From a virus, in the IMG/VR virus record IMGVR_UViG_3300035698_012898, positions 14,716-78,715 of that record: 64,000 nucleotides of DNA; one strand, given 5' to 3'. The notes under the pieces were generated by a model. The model had not been told where the DNA came from. It ran no database searches and saw only the letters and a list, made by a program, of their open reading frames with translations. Positions 19,464 to 33,750 of this stretch are shown piece by piece; within the stretch, counting starts at the first letter, position 1, and the number at the start of each line of letters is the position of its first letter. Position numbers and translations under genes: made by a program.

Positions 19464-19919
19464 TTAGGACGCCGTATCAATCCAGCGGATCTCTACTTCT
19501 ACCGAAGACACGTACACTTCAACTCGTGAATCCGGCGCAGTCTTCTCGCCTGCTTTACGGACGCCCAACGACCGAATACCTATTGTTCTTATATCGTCTG
19601 ACTCAAACTTGGCATCAACCAAAGTAGCCTGACTCTGTTTCACGTGTTCTTCTATCGCGCCAATCATTTCCAGCGTCACACCTGGCGTAGCAGCAAACGT
19701 CTCGCATAAAGCGCGAGTCACGTATATGCCATCCACGTCTTCTAACAATGGCCCAAGATGTGTCAGTATTGTAGGAGCACTTGGTAGCGCAGGCTTCATG
19801 GTCCCATCCGTGATAAGAATATACTTGCTTGCAGATACCAAGGTTACTAAGTCTTCACACGCACGTAACCACGTTGTGAACGCCTTCTCAAACCGACGAT
19901 ATCGTGTCTTGCTTCCCAC
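19464..19919 (-). CDS. Tail terminator/completion protein (by position)
   Basis: 151 aa directly upstream of the tail tube gene. Confidence 0.55.
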   Translation of the reverse strand: MGSKTRYRRFEKAFTTWLRACEDLVTLVSASKYILITDGTMKPALPSAPTILTHLGPLLEDVDGIYVTRALCETFAATPGVTLEMIGAIEEHVKQSQATLVDAKFESDDIRTIGIRSLGVRKAGEKTAPDSRVEVYVSSVEVEIRWIDTAS

Positions 19920-19923
19920 AAGG

Positions 19924-20445
19924 CTATCCTCGCTGCATCATTGCCTGGCTTTGTTCTGCTGCTATGTCAGACGTTGCGCGCTCTGTTGGATACCCGCTGA
20001 TTGACCGAATATGAAAGCCGTATTGAAATACTTCCATCGCCCTAGCCCATTGAACAGCATCAGTCCTAACAGGACCTATAAGCACTTGCGTCCACGCATT
20101 GTGATACATCTTCTTGATGTTTGCCTTGCCCGGACTGGTAAAGACTGCGTGCGCAATTGCCGTTGCAAGGTCAGCCATCTTCCGAGTGATTGCGCCCGCA
20201 TTCTTTTCAACAGCAGGTACAATGTGCGGACGTGGACGCAGCTTCCAACTTCCATCTGGATTGTGCGTGCCCTCTTCTAAGTACCGGCTATAAAGCATGT
20301 ATGCCCCAAACTCCGGGCGCGTATTACGCATTATCGGTCCTACTTGACCTGCTAGACGAGACAACTTTTCCTTTAACTCCTTAATATCCATCCCATCTAT
20401 AGCAGCAAAGTCGCTACCCCAAGTTGTTGTACTTAATCCGGCCAT
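19924..20445 (-). CDS. HK97 gp10-like neck protein
   Basis: YSRYLEEGT...RPRPHIVPAVE motif. Confidence 0.65.
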   Translation of the reverse strand: MAGLSTTTWGSDFAAIDGMDIKELKEKLSRLAGQVGPIMRNTRPEFGAYMLYSRYLEEGTHNPDGSWKLRPRPHIVPAVEKNAGAITRKMADLATAIAHAVFTSPGKANIKKMYHNAWTQVLIGPVRTDAVQWARAMEVFQYGFHIRSISGYPTERATSDIAAEQSQAMMQRG

Positions 20446-20756
20446 TACGGATGCCCCTGATCAATTGCTGTTCGCTTCAAAATCTCTTCTCGTGTCAGCG
20501 GCGTATCTCCTGGAATCTCTTCTTTAGCTCTCCTGTCCTTCGCGTCGGCATTGCCCAGTGCAAGCGGCATCAAAGCCGTTGCTACAATATGAAGAGAGTG
20601 TAGACCAAAGACAACTGGACACGTTTCAATGTCCTCCCCTCTATGAAGTATTTCTCCGAGCATGTGTGCCGGGAAACAACTATCACATTCCATTTTTGTC
20701 AACGGGCAAATCATGAACTGTCTCCTACACGTAAAGCCAGCATTGCTAACCGCCAA
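20445..20756 (-). CDS. Small Cys-containing hypothetical protein (true start may be MICPLT)
   Basis: Packed between neck genes; CPLT...C..C...CP. Confidence 0.45.
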   Translation of the reverse strand: MAVSNAGFTCRRQFMICPLTKMECDSCFPAHMLGEILHRGEDIETCPVVFGLHSLHIVATALMPLALGNADAKDRRAKEEIPGDTPLTREEILKRTAIDQGHP

Positions 20757-21070
20757 TCCTTTGTCTTGCCCTTCTGTCCTTTAACAACTCGCCTTGACAA
20801 AATCTTCCAGTCTCCCCCATCAATCGTCACGTGACAACCAAGAGCCACAGCAGCAACATACGGCCCTGAGAGGTGCACCATGTCTGCGTTATTCGTAAGA
20901 CCGTACTTGGTTATAACCTGTGCCTGCGTCCACAATGAAGCTGGCCACCACATAAACGTGTAATCACTAGCTACAGTCTCTTCCTCATACGTTAATCTAC
21001 CGTACCCATCGTCAACCTCTTTATCCTTGTTCACAACATCAGAGGTCGTATCGTCTCTGGAGGCTCGCAT
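20711..21070 (-). CDS. Head closure / head-tail joining protein
   Basis: VDDGYG...HVTIDGGDWKILS pattern, position after the adaptor. Confidence 0.6.
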   Translation of the reverse strand: MRASRDDTTSDVVNKDKEVDDGYGRLTYEEETVASDYTFMWWPASLWTQAQVITKYGLTNNADMVHLSGPYVAAVALGCHVTIDGGDWKILSRRVVKGQKGKTKDWRLAMLALRVGDSS

Positions 21071-21073
21071 AAG

Positions 21074-21745
21074 CTATCCCCCCATTGATATAACCAGCGG
21101 AACATTAAACTGGAAAGGCGTTAACAAGTCATCTACAAACGTAATCCCAGTTGTAATGCCGGCACTGGGAACTGCTCTAGTTGACACACCAGATCTTGAA
21201 GATCGCGTATACGTATACGTGTCAGGAAACCGCTCAGAATCAAACTGACCAAGTTGTTGTGTAGTTCCCGGTATAATCTCCTCTTGCACGAGGAGCACAG
21301 TCGCCTGCTTAATCTCCGGAGGCGTCTCCGTGTAACCCCATGAAATGTCTGCCGAGTAATTAAAGAACGCCGCCTTAGTCCAAATACTGTAATGGTTTTC
21401 AATGGCACGCAGAGATGTATGAATGGAATAATTCTCTGCGTCTACTGCCTCCCCATCGTCTGCAAACGTATCGTCATACGCTTCGCGTTTTGTAATGGAA
21501 TGAATGCTATTGATAGCCCAGAACGTTCTTCGTGCTGTAAAAAGAATGTGCGTTCCATCCCCTTTGAGCGTAATAGTTCTGCGCGTCACCTCAAACCGGC
21601 TTCGTGTAAACCTATCAACCTTTTTGGTGGCCCGCGCAATCGCCAGGGTGAGATAGGCGTCATCATCAGCTGTCCAATGGGCAGGGATCGTGAATGACCC
21701 CAAGAGGTTCTGTACATCCGCTTTTGTTATGTACGCCATAATCAC
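21074..21745 (-). CDS. Head-tail adaptor (SPP1 gp15/HK97 gp6-like)
   Basis: MAYITKADV...AIARATKKVDRFT.SRF...WGY..TPPEIKQAT. Confidence 0.8.
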   Translation of the reverse strand: MIMAYITKADVQNLLGSFTIPAHWTADDDAYLTLAIARATKKVDRFTRSRFEVTRRTITLKGDGTHILFTARRTFWAINSIHSITKREAYDDTFADDGEAVDAENYSIHTSLRAIENHYSIWTKAAFFNYSADISWGYTETPPEIKQATVLLVQEEIIPGTTQQLGQFDSERFPDTYTYTRSSRSGVSTRAVPSAGITTGITFVDDLLTPFQFNVPLVISMGG

Positions 21746-21766
21746 AAGTCTCCATTTGGGAGCGTA

Positions 21767-22867
21767 TCACTTGTCGTGGCTCACGTCAACAACTTCCATA
21801 TCCCGCAAAACACATAAGAGATTGCGCACCCTGGCGGAATTAGTATGGTATTCAATGACATGCTTTCGCCCGCAATTCCAAATATGATCTGCCACGTTCG
21901 GATGCTCCAATAATTCACGGATCTTTTCAACGCACTCTTCAGGTGAACGATAAGAAACGTATGACTCCCCGTCTACAAAGCCATTCGGGATTACGATCTT
22001 GAGTTCGTCTGCTACCAAACAAGTAACAGCTGCCGTCTCCCAATATCGACACGTATCATATCCAGCACCCCGCACACTGACACCAACCCTACTACGACCC
22101 AAAAGACACAAGTAGTCATTCCAACTTACCCACGGCTTGTTTTCCGGATGTGGAGACAAATGACATGCAATATACGTTTTGTACTCAGCATCGAGCACCC
22201 GTAAAGCTTCGGCAACCTTTGCGCGACTTGGATGTGTCACGCCAAGGAGCATAGATACATCTACTGCACTATCCCGGTGCTCCGCAAACACAGGGGCAAC
22301 ACAATTTGCCGGAACGCTAAAGGGAAATGGGAGCACAGGAACACCCGCAATCGTATCCAGGTTAGACTCTGTTGGGTACTCCCGTTTCAAAACCACAGTT
22401 GGATGCACATCGTTCTTAATCACGTTCAGAACGTTACCTGCTATTCCCCAAGAGTCTTCACCATCATGCAGGACAACAGGTGCACCAGATATTTCTATGT
22501 CTTTAGCAAGTTGCCTATACGCCGTTACTGGACCAACTCTTGCAGACTCAAGAACCACCAATGAAATATCACCGCGCCGCAACATCGCAGAAACAAGATG
22601 AAACTGATCATTCTCTGTTACTGCGAACGGCGTCTGCCCATAGTTTACACCGCATGCATGATGTGGCATCCAAACATAAGAGGATACGGACATAGGGTCT
22701 CGCATACCCCCTATCGGAACAAGGTCCGTACCACCGTGGTACGCCTTCTTAATCGGGAAGTCATATACGTTTGCAGCGCCAACTACCTGACAGAACCCAT
22801 TGAACAAATACGTCGCACCGTAATCCGCCCCAACGTTGGTCAAGATCAATACGTTAGTTCCGGCCAT
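21767..22867 (-). CDS. GT-B glycosyltransferase (Glyco_trans_1_2/CgeB-like C-terminus)
   Basis: VSVRGAGYDTCRYWE...YVSYRSPEECVEKIRELL...EYHTNSARV. Confidence 0.8.
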   Translation of the reverse strand: MAGTNVLILTNVGADYGATYLFNGFCQVVGAANVYDFPIKKAYHGGTDLVPIGGMRDPMSVSSYVWMPHHACGVNYGQTPFAVTENDQFHLVSAMLRRGDISLVVLESARVGPVTAYRQLAKDIEISGAPVVLHDGEDSWGIAGNVLNVIKNDVHPTVVLKREYPTESNLDTIAGVPVLPFPFSVPANCVAPVFAEHRDSAVDVSMLLGVTHPSRAKVAEALRVLDAEYKTYIACHLSPHPENKPWVSWNDYLCLLGRSRVGVSVRGAGYDTCRYWETAAVTCLVADELKIVIPNGFVDGESYVSYRSPEECVEKIRELLEHPNVADHIWNCGRKHVIEYHTNSARVRNLLCVLRDMEVVDVSHDK

Positions 22868-23580
22868 TATTCCGTCCTCCGTAACACGGCGTTAAAGCTA
22901 AAGTTGTTATCCATCGTATTAAACTCAATCCACTCTGCTTTAATGTGCGTCCAAGTATCCAATACACCAAGCGCCCAATCATAAAACTCCTGGGCGCTAA
23001 ATTCTCTCGTATGCGATGGATCAAGAACTCCACGAGGAAGAAATTCCATGTCTGGAATAACAGCACAGAAGCATCCGCCAATACGTAGCAGCAACATCAG
23101 TGAATGTAATACCTCTACTTGATTCTCAAGATGCTCAAATACGTGATTTGAGATCACACCGTTAAAGGTTCCAGGTCGAAATGGGGAGTCCACTCCTGTG
23201 TCCGGACACCACGTCATATGAGGGACACCTTGTCCTTGTTTATAATCAGGATTCCAATTGGCATACTTGTCCGTACCAAACGTAGCAGGCCCATTCACGC
23301 CAGCCGTACCGACACCAAGACAACAACCGCCACCCTCATACCCAAGCTTGATACCCCAATACATATCAAAGGCACGTTGCTGATGCCCAACAAGATTCCC
23401 TTCCTTCCCATACGACCTGTGTTCGTCTGAGACATCCCAGTAATGCAGATCCGGGATAAGTGTTGGTGTCTCAGCACTCCACGGCTGACATGCCTTTCTA
23501 ATAAGATCTGCTGGCATTTCTAATGCCGGCTCAATTCCTTGCCTCGGAATAACTACCTGCCCTCTGCAATCAACAGTCAT
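22867..23580 (-). CDS. Class I SAM-dependent methyltransferase
   Basis: FNGVISNHVFEHL, LLRIGGCFCAVIPD, DPSHTREF; motif I is divergent (LGVGTAG). Confidence 0.75.
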   Translation of the reverse strand: MTVDCRGQVVIPRQGIEPALEMPADLIRKACQPWSAETPTLIPDLHYWDVSDEHRSYGKEGNLVGHQQRAFDMYWGIKLGYEGGGCCLGVGTAGVNGPATFGTDKYANWNPDYKQGQGVPHMTWCPDTGVDSPFRPGTFNGVISNHVFEHLENQVEVLHSLMLLLRIGGCFCAVIPDMEFLPRGVLDPSHTREFSAQEFYDWALGVLDTWTHIKAEWIEFNTMDNNFSFNAVLRRTE

Positions 23581-24553
23581 AACCTAACTCCCTCATGGTG
23601 TCACCACAAACGTCAGCAAAAATCCTATGTTGTTCACTATCCCACTTCTCATAACGAGGAAAGGCAAAACCTGGTGCATTCTCAGGATCTGTCTCGAATC
23701 GTTTAGCCCGCTCTTCCTCTGGCTGTTTATAAAGAGGACCCGCAATAGCACCCAGGTTAAAGGTGGCTTTCTGCTCATCCGTTGCTTCTGGTAGAAGCAT
23801 CGCTAGAACAAGAGTACTCGTCTCCGGTTTATTATAATCCTCTACGTGTATAACAGGTCGCTTTGCTTGCAAAAAGAACTGGTGAATCTTAGCCCAGTAA
23901 GCACATACACGATAGAACCTACTTTCCCGATACTTCACATTGGCATCCTTGCGCATAGGCCAAACACGGGGATACTTACACTCGACTGTATGCGTATTTT
24001 CAAGCCCGTACGTCCTGCCGCATTCTGGTGCAAACGTTTGCCACCACATCGCCTTCTGTACCCAGCGCTTTGCGTCCTTCGTCAAATGAATTGATCGCGT
24101 TGTAATCCCAAGGTCCTCAACCAATGGCCAAAAATCCGCAATGTAACAAGAGCTGTCAAGGAAAAACCCATCCCCTTGAAGAAAGCGCAACATGGCAGAC
24201 CTTAACGTCTCACGGCATTGCACCCACGTTGTGCTTTCCCCTGAATGAAAGTCAGACCACGAAGGTCTGATATGCACCCACGTATCATGGTACATCCTAG
24301 CCAGCAACCCATCCCCTGTATCCCGCTCTGTGTCATTGGCCGCAACCTCTTCTCTGACATTAGCAGACCGTGCGTACTCTTCAGGGAACACTCGCATGTT
24401 ATGCTTAAGGTGTCTAGGGTTGTCCCGGATAGAACCACTGGCGGACTGCCCAATAATCTCATGCCCACTAGGAACACCAATCCCGCCAAACGCTTGAGCA
24501 AGCGTGCGGGTTCCCTGCGAAAATGTACTAAGAGGATAGAGAAATGTCCGCAT
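23570..24553 (-). CDS. Sulfotransferase-like (P-loop fold) protein
   Basis: Likely start 24553; SQGTRTLA...GHE resembles the 5'-PSB region, DSS...IHLTKD resembles the IHLVRD 3'-PB motif; divergent. Confidence 0.5.
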   Translation of the reverse strand: MRTFLYPLSTFSQGTRTLAQAFGGIGVPSGHEIIGQSASGSIRDNPRHLKHNMRVFPEEYARSANVREEVAANDTERDTGDGLLARMYHDTWVHIRPSWSDFHSGESTTWVQCRETLRSAMLRFLQGDGFFLDSSCYIADFWPLVEDLGITTRSIHLTKDAKRWVQKAMWWQTFAPECGRTYGLENTHTVECKYPRVWPMRKDANVKYRESRFYRVCAYWAKIHQFFLQAKRPVIHVEDYNKPETSTLVLAMLLPEATDEQKATFNLGAIAGPLYKQPEEERAKRFETDPENAPGFAFPRYEKWDSEQHRIFADVCGDTMRELGYDC

Positions 24554-24591
24554 ATGCCCTCCTGCCAATCTGAAAATCCCACTCTGCCGTC

Positions 24592-25350
24592 TTAACCATC
24601 TTTGACAGCCACCCATCCTGCGAAGTTCATCCAACGCCAGAAACAATCAACGCTATGAAAACCCGCACCACGTAAGGCTTCCTCATTCCACTTTGCTGTA
24701 AGAGGCACAAGGACACCTTCAAGAGATAACCGCTTCCGTTCAATCTGCGACTCCGTGTAATCATTATCACGCTTCATTCCGTAATACAGATCAACCATCG
24801 TCTGGTCAAGCAAGGCATCTGCGCCAATCACTTTTTCAACAAGAATAAGTACGCCACCAGGTACAGTAGACTTGTATATGTCTGATAGAATCCGAAGCCT
24901 ATGCTCAATAGGTGTAAACTGCAACACGAGAACCGCCAACGTAACACTAGCTTCTTCTTGCTCTAATGGGTATCCAGTCCGTAAATCAAACTTGGATATC
25001 TTTACTAGCCCCTGCTCAATGCCTGCCTTGAACCGCATATTACATGCTGCAAGCATAGGCTCACTTACATCGACACCAATGAACCTATAATCCCTACCAA
25101 GGTGGTGATCTGCACCAAACCGATCCACTAATGGTGCAAGGGCTTCCCCACGACTACACCCCAGATCAAGCATCGTAGTATTAGGTTGCTGAAATCGCAC
25201 CGCCAAGTTGAAGACGGACTTCCGCATAACGGCATATTGCGGAATAGACCGTTGCAACATGTCATCAAAAACACGCGCAACATCACCGTCAAACTTCCAA
25301 GGCCCGTTCGGGTCTACAGCATCTACGATACTATTCTTGTCTACACTCAT
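24592..25350 (-). CDS. cmoA: Carboxy-S-adenosyl-L-methionine synthase
   Basis: WKFD..VARVFDDMLQRSIPQY, LDLGCSRG, LQF, PGGVLILVEK, IERKRLSLEGV (Arg equivalent to E. coli R199), FWRWMNF. Confidence 0.9.
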   Translation of the reverse strand: MSVDKNSIVDAVDPNGPWKFDGDVARVFDDMLQRSIPQYAVMRKSVFNLAVRFQQPNTTMLDLGCSRGEALAPLVDRFGADHHLGRDYRFIGVDVSEPMLAACNMRFKAGIEQGLVKISKFDLRTGYPLEQEEASVTLAVLVLQFTPIEHRLRILSDIYKSTVPGGVLILVEKVIGADALLDQTMVDLYYGMKRDNDYTESQIERKRLSLEGVLVPLTAKWNEEALRGAGFHSVDCFWRWMNFAGWVAVKDG

Positions 25351-25353
25351 GGC

Positions 25354-26172
25354 TTAGAACTCCTCAGCATCTAGCCAGCCGTACAACGCATTCTCTGTCA
25401 CGTCTTGCGTCATCACGCAGAAAATATCCTGCACCCGCTTGTCCACTTCAGACGGCTTGTAGTTCTTACCAATATACCACCCAAGGTATGAATCCGTAGA
25501 AACGGCCAGCTTCTTAAAATACATCTGCATCATAAAGCGTTCAAACGATTCCTGCTGAAGAAACCCCGGATAAACATGGCTATGTTTCCATGGCCCGTAT
25601 CCCAAGTTAACCTCTGGCTTCGGATAAGATAAGACGAAAAGTCCACCATGCACCAGCATCCGCTTCACGTGCGCTACCATGAAGTACGGATTCGATAGGT
25701 GCTCTATAGTTCCCGTGCAAAACGCAACGTCCACACTGTTGTCTTCCCAAGGAAGGGCATCATGAGATGCATCCAGTACTTCAACCTGGAAGTCTATTTT
25801 ATTCTTCTTAACGTTAGCTGTTACGGGCACAGTCTTAGTGCCCACCCATGGCCGAAGCGGACACACAGCCCGATCACAAAGCTCAGAGGCTCGCATATGG
25901 TCACACAAGCGTTCACGTGACAGCGGAGAAATGTCAACTGCATATATTCGTTGGCAACCAATTTCAAGAAGCCGTAAGAGTAAGTTACCTTGTCCGTAGC
26001 CAACTTCAAGACAACGGGTTTGTTCCGTAAGCTGGTACTTGATCAAGCTCGCTAGCTTTCCAACTCCTTGAGCATCTTGGCCAATGCCGCCTGTCCGCGT
26101 AGAATGTGAAATTACGCCAGTTGGTTGTATCTTATGTATATTATGTGCGCCTTGTGGTGCTATCCTTAACAT
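25354..26172 (-). CDS. Class I SAM-dependent methyltransferase
   Basis: LEVGYGQG, YAVDIS, LPWEDNSVD, IEHLSNP, LVHGG. Confidence 0.85.
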   Translation of the reverse strand: MLRIAPQGAHNIHKIQPTGVISHSTRTGGIGQDAQGVGKLASLIKYQLTEQTRCLEVGYGQGNLLLRLLEIGCQRIYAVDISPLSRERLCDHMRASELCDRAVCPLRPWVGTKTVPVTANVKKNKIDFQVEVLDASHDALPWEDNSVDVAFCTGTIEHLSNPYFMVAHVKRMLVHGGLFVLSYPKPEVNLGYGPWKHSHVYPGFLQQESFERFMMQMYFKKLAVSTDSYLGWYIGKNYKPSEVDKRVQDIFCVMTQDVTENALYGWLDAEEF

Positions 26173-26175
26173 AGT

Positions 26176-27042
26176 CTATACCTTTCTAAAGATTGTTTCA
26201 CCTCGGGCATCTGTATCTTCCAAGACAAACCCGCAGCTCACCACAGCCTTTGTCCACTCCCCAAGATGGTGACTATAATGCTCGTGAATCTGTAAGTGAC
26301 TCGGGTCACGCCCATTATCTGAATTGAAGAACGTACAGATGTGTGCAATCGCACCAGGACGCATTGCCTTCGCTAAAGAGGCTACCTCCGCTACCGGATC
26401 TGGGATATGTTCCATCACATCAAGACTACTCACGTAGTCAAACTTAATGTCTGTCGTCTCCCAAAACGGAGGACCGCCGTTCGGGTCTACAAGATAAAAC
26501 GTAACATCAAACTCTCCGTCACTGTACTTGGCCAACCCCATCTGCAACAACGTAAGAAGCTTTGATTGAAAGTCATATAAGCAAACCTTCGCTTGCGGAT
26601 AGTTATCGGCTACACCTAAACCGATACGGCCTACCCGACATCCGTGATCAAGAAACGTGAACTTCCCTTCAGTCTGACCAGCAATACGTTCCAGTAGTGG
26701 AGAAGTATGTTCTGACCCCGCACTTATCAATGGGGCAAGAAATCCTGGACCGGGAGGCAAACCATTCACAGCGATAACCCTAGCCATAAGGTCACCGCCG
26801 TAAAATTCCGCCATAGTCTTTGGCAATAGATTGCCCCCTTGTTCCGTCAGATCATTAAACAAGTTCCGAAATAGCTCTGGCTGATCTCCCCACGTATACT
26901 TTCTTTCTTCCATGATACAGCGGACAGGTTCCAAAAAGGCAGCGTAAGTTCCACCAGTTACTTCTTTCCAATCCGCATCTGTGATGTCTCCAAGTAAACC
27001 AATCATAAGACTGTACACATCCTCTTTAGTTTGTGAACACAC
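26176..27042 (-). CDS. Class I SAM-dependent methyltransferase-like
   Basis: FLDHGCRVG, FDYVSSLDVMEHIPDP, MRPGA. Confidence 0.8.
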   Translation of the reverse strand: MCSQTKEDVYSLMIGLLGDITDADWKEVTGGTYAAFLEPVRCIMEERKYTWGDQPELFRNLFNDLTEQGGNLLPKTMAEFYGGDLMARVIAVNGLPPGPGFLAPLISAGSEHTSPLLERIAGQTEGKFTFLDHGCRVGRIGLGVADNYPQAKVCLYDFQSKLLTLLQMGLAKYSDGEFDVTFYLVDPNGGPPFWETTDIKFDYVSSLDVMEHIPDPVAEVASLAKAMRPGAIAHICTFFNSDNGRDPSHLQIHEHYSHHLGEWTKAVVSCGFVLEDTDARGETIFRKV

Positions 27043-28001
27043 GTACGATTAAGACGGCTTTCCAGCGGAAAGGCACTTTCTTCATACTCTGTTCCATGTG
27101 GAACAAGTGTATTCACGATAGTCTCTGGTATTGGATTAAGATACAACTCTGCTGTATGATCAAACGGATGTATAAATTCAGGAACACCCCACTTTGCGTC
27201 ATAGTGCTTACGAGAATCATCCATCCGCTTTGTCGTATCAATTAAAGCCGCCTGCTCACTAAACGTCCTAGAACATGCATGGTATGTTCGCGGCCACGGA
27301 ATGCCCAATGAAAACATTCCGGCTTTTCCACACCGCGCACCAAAATCCGACTCTTCAAAGAAGGATATAAACTGTTCATCAAAAGGCCCTACATCCTGAT
27401 ATGTACTTGCAAGCGTAGCAAAACCCGATCCATTTGGGGAGAGAGTACGTAATACCTTTGCTAGTTCCCACCCTGATGAAGAAGAAACAAACTTCCGTGG
27501 TGCTGCTGGCGCAAAACCAAAAGTCCTATCCCAAAGCAAAGGAGCCATCGTCGCCAACAGTTGCTTTATCCCCTCCGCAGGCGGCTGTATCGGATTCCAG
27601 TACACACTTCCTACCTTGCCACTTTTCTGATTACTTAGCAGAGCGTACACAGCGCAAGTAAGCCATTGGGGCGGCACAAGCATATCGTTATTGAGAAAAA
27701 CAAAAACACCGCAATCAGTTTTTTGCCCCACACGAGCAATGGAATTCCAAGCAGCAGCAACACCTTGATTCTTCGGATGTATAATGAGACGCGCTCTATG
27801 AGTAGCACACAAATCAGCTAGCTCCTTAGCCTGCTCCGCATCCCAGGATGACCCGTCATCAACGACAACCACCCTGTAGTGTCTATACAACGTGTAATCC
27901 CGAATGCACTCCAGGAGCAGCCGTACATAATAGGTATCATTAAACACAGGGATACCGATACAAACGCGCACCTCCTGGTCATAAAGTTCTTCGTTTGTCA
28001 T
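27003..28001 (-). CDS. GT2 (GT-A) glycosyltransferase
   Basis: IGIPVFN, VVVVDDGS, NQGVAAAWN, FLNND, FFEESD. Confidence 0.92.
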   Translation of the reverse strand: MTNEELYDQEVRVCIGIPVFNDTYYVRLLLECIRDYTLYRHYRVVVVDDGSSWDAEQAKELADLCATHRARLIIHPKNQGVAAAWNSIARVGQKTDCGVFVFLNNDMLVPPQWLTCAVYALLSNQKSGKVGSVYWNPIQPPAEGIKQLLATMAPLLWDRTFGFAPAAPRKFVSSSSGWELAKVLRTLSPNGSGFATLASTYQDVGPFDEQFISFFEESDFGARCGKAGMFSLGIPWPRTYHACSRTFSEQAALIDTTKRMDDSRKHYDAKWGVPEFIHPFDHTAELYLNPIPETIVNTLVPHGTEYEESAFPLESRLNRTCVHKLKRMCTVL

Positions 28002-29017
28002 AGCTCTACTTCTGCCGGTTCTAAGACATTCAGTTTTGCCAGCTTCTTCGGGTCCATTGGCATCGGAATCTCTTCATAAGACTTACCAGTAACGTTAAGA
28101 ACCTTCACCTTCGTCTTTGGGATCGGATGAAGATACTTCTCCGTAACATACGTGAACGGTAGATGGTTTGCTTGCATAACTTTCGGTACGTTCCACGTCT
28201 CAATGAATCGTTGCTTGGATTCCTTAAACCACTGGGCAACCGGTAAATTAGCCCCCTGCTCTACGAATGTCCGTGACATTGCATGGTACGTCCTGGGAAA
28301 AGGCAAGCCAAGGGAGAACCGGCCTAACGCACCACAGCCTACACCAAAGCTACTCTCCTCATGAAAAGCATGCATCTGCTCATCAAAGCCACCGACCTCT
28401 TCGTACACTTCGGGCAACACGGCAAACGCAGTTCCATTAGGAGCAAGGACACGAGCAGTCCCCCAACAGTATGCCAAAAAGAATTCCGTAGGATATGCCT
28501 CCATTGGAAAGTAACCAGTATGCCCATTCAATGTAATAAATGGAAAAGCCGTATGCCAAAGCTGATGAGCCATGATACCCATCTGCTCTTTAATGCTGTT
28601 AGGCGGAATACAAATAGGCTCCCAGTACACGCTACCTATTCGATTGCTTTCTTTGTTCTCCAATAGAGCGTACACACCACAGGCAAGCCATTGCGGAGGA
28701 ACCATTACGTCACTGTTAAGAAAGACAAGAACGTCAGCACCGTCTTTAATACCCTGCTTCGCCAACGTGTTCCAAGAAGCTGCTACACCACGATTTTCTT
28801 TATGACGAATAAAGTGCGTTTTGGTTACAGCACAAAACCGCTCAACCGCAGCAGACCGTTCCTTGATCGGCGACCCATCGTCAACGACCACAATCTGATA
28901 GTTCTCGTACAAGGTGTACCATCGGATCGTGTTGATCAAGAACTGGAGATAATCCACGTCATTATAGACCGGAATACCTATGCTAACCTTTGCATCGCCT
29001 TTGTAGTAATTACTCAT
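27998..29017 (-). CDS. GT2 (GT-A) glycosyltransferase, paralog of the neighbour
   Basis: IGIPVYN, VVVDDGS, NRGVAASWN, FLNSD, GGFDEQ. Confidence 0.92.
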   Translation of the reverse strand: MSNYYKGDAKVSIGIPVYNDVDYLQFLINTIRWYTLYENYQIVVVDDGSPIKERSAAVERFCAVTKTHFIRHKENRGVAASWNTLAKQGIKDGADVLVFLNSDVMVPPQWLACGVYALLENKESNRIGSVYWEPICIPPNSIKEQMGIMAHQLWHTAFPFITLNGHTGYFPMEAYPTEFFLAYCWGTARVLAPNGTAFAVLPEVYEEVGGFDEQMHAFHEESSFGVGCGALGRFSLGLPFPRTYHAMSRTFVEQGANLPVAQWFKESKQRFIETWNVPKVMQANHLPFTYVTEKYLHPIPKTKVKVLNVTGKSYEEIPMPMDPKKLAKLNVLEPAEVEL

Positions 29018-29032
29018 GCGCTTATGTCTTCC

Positions 29033-33711
<4,679 letters not shown>

Positions 33712-33750
33712 GATCTATATCATCCTCATTATAAGATACAACTGAAACTG

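Noticed and set aside
18942-19919. Contractile tail (PBSX-like), suggested by the XkdE/XkdG-like head genes
   Set aside because: No sheath or baseplate wedge genes seen; tube, chaperone, TMP and Dit order is siphovirus-like
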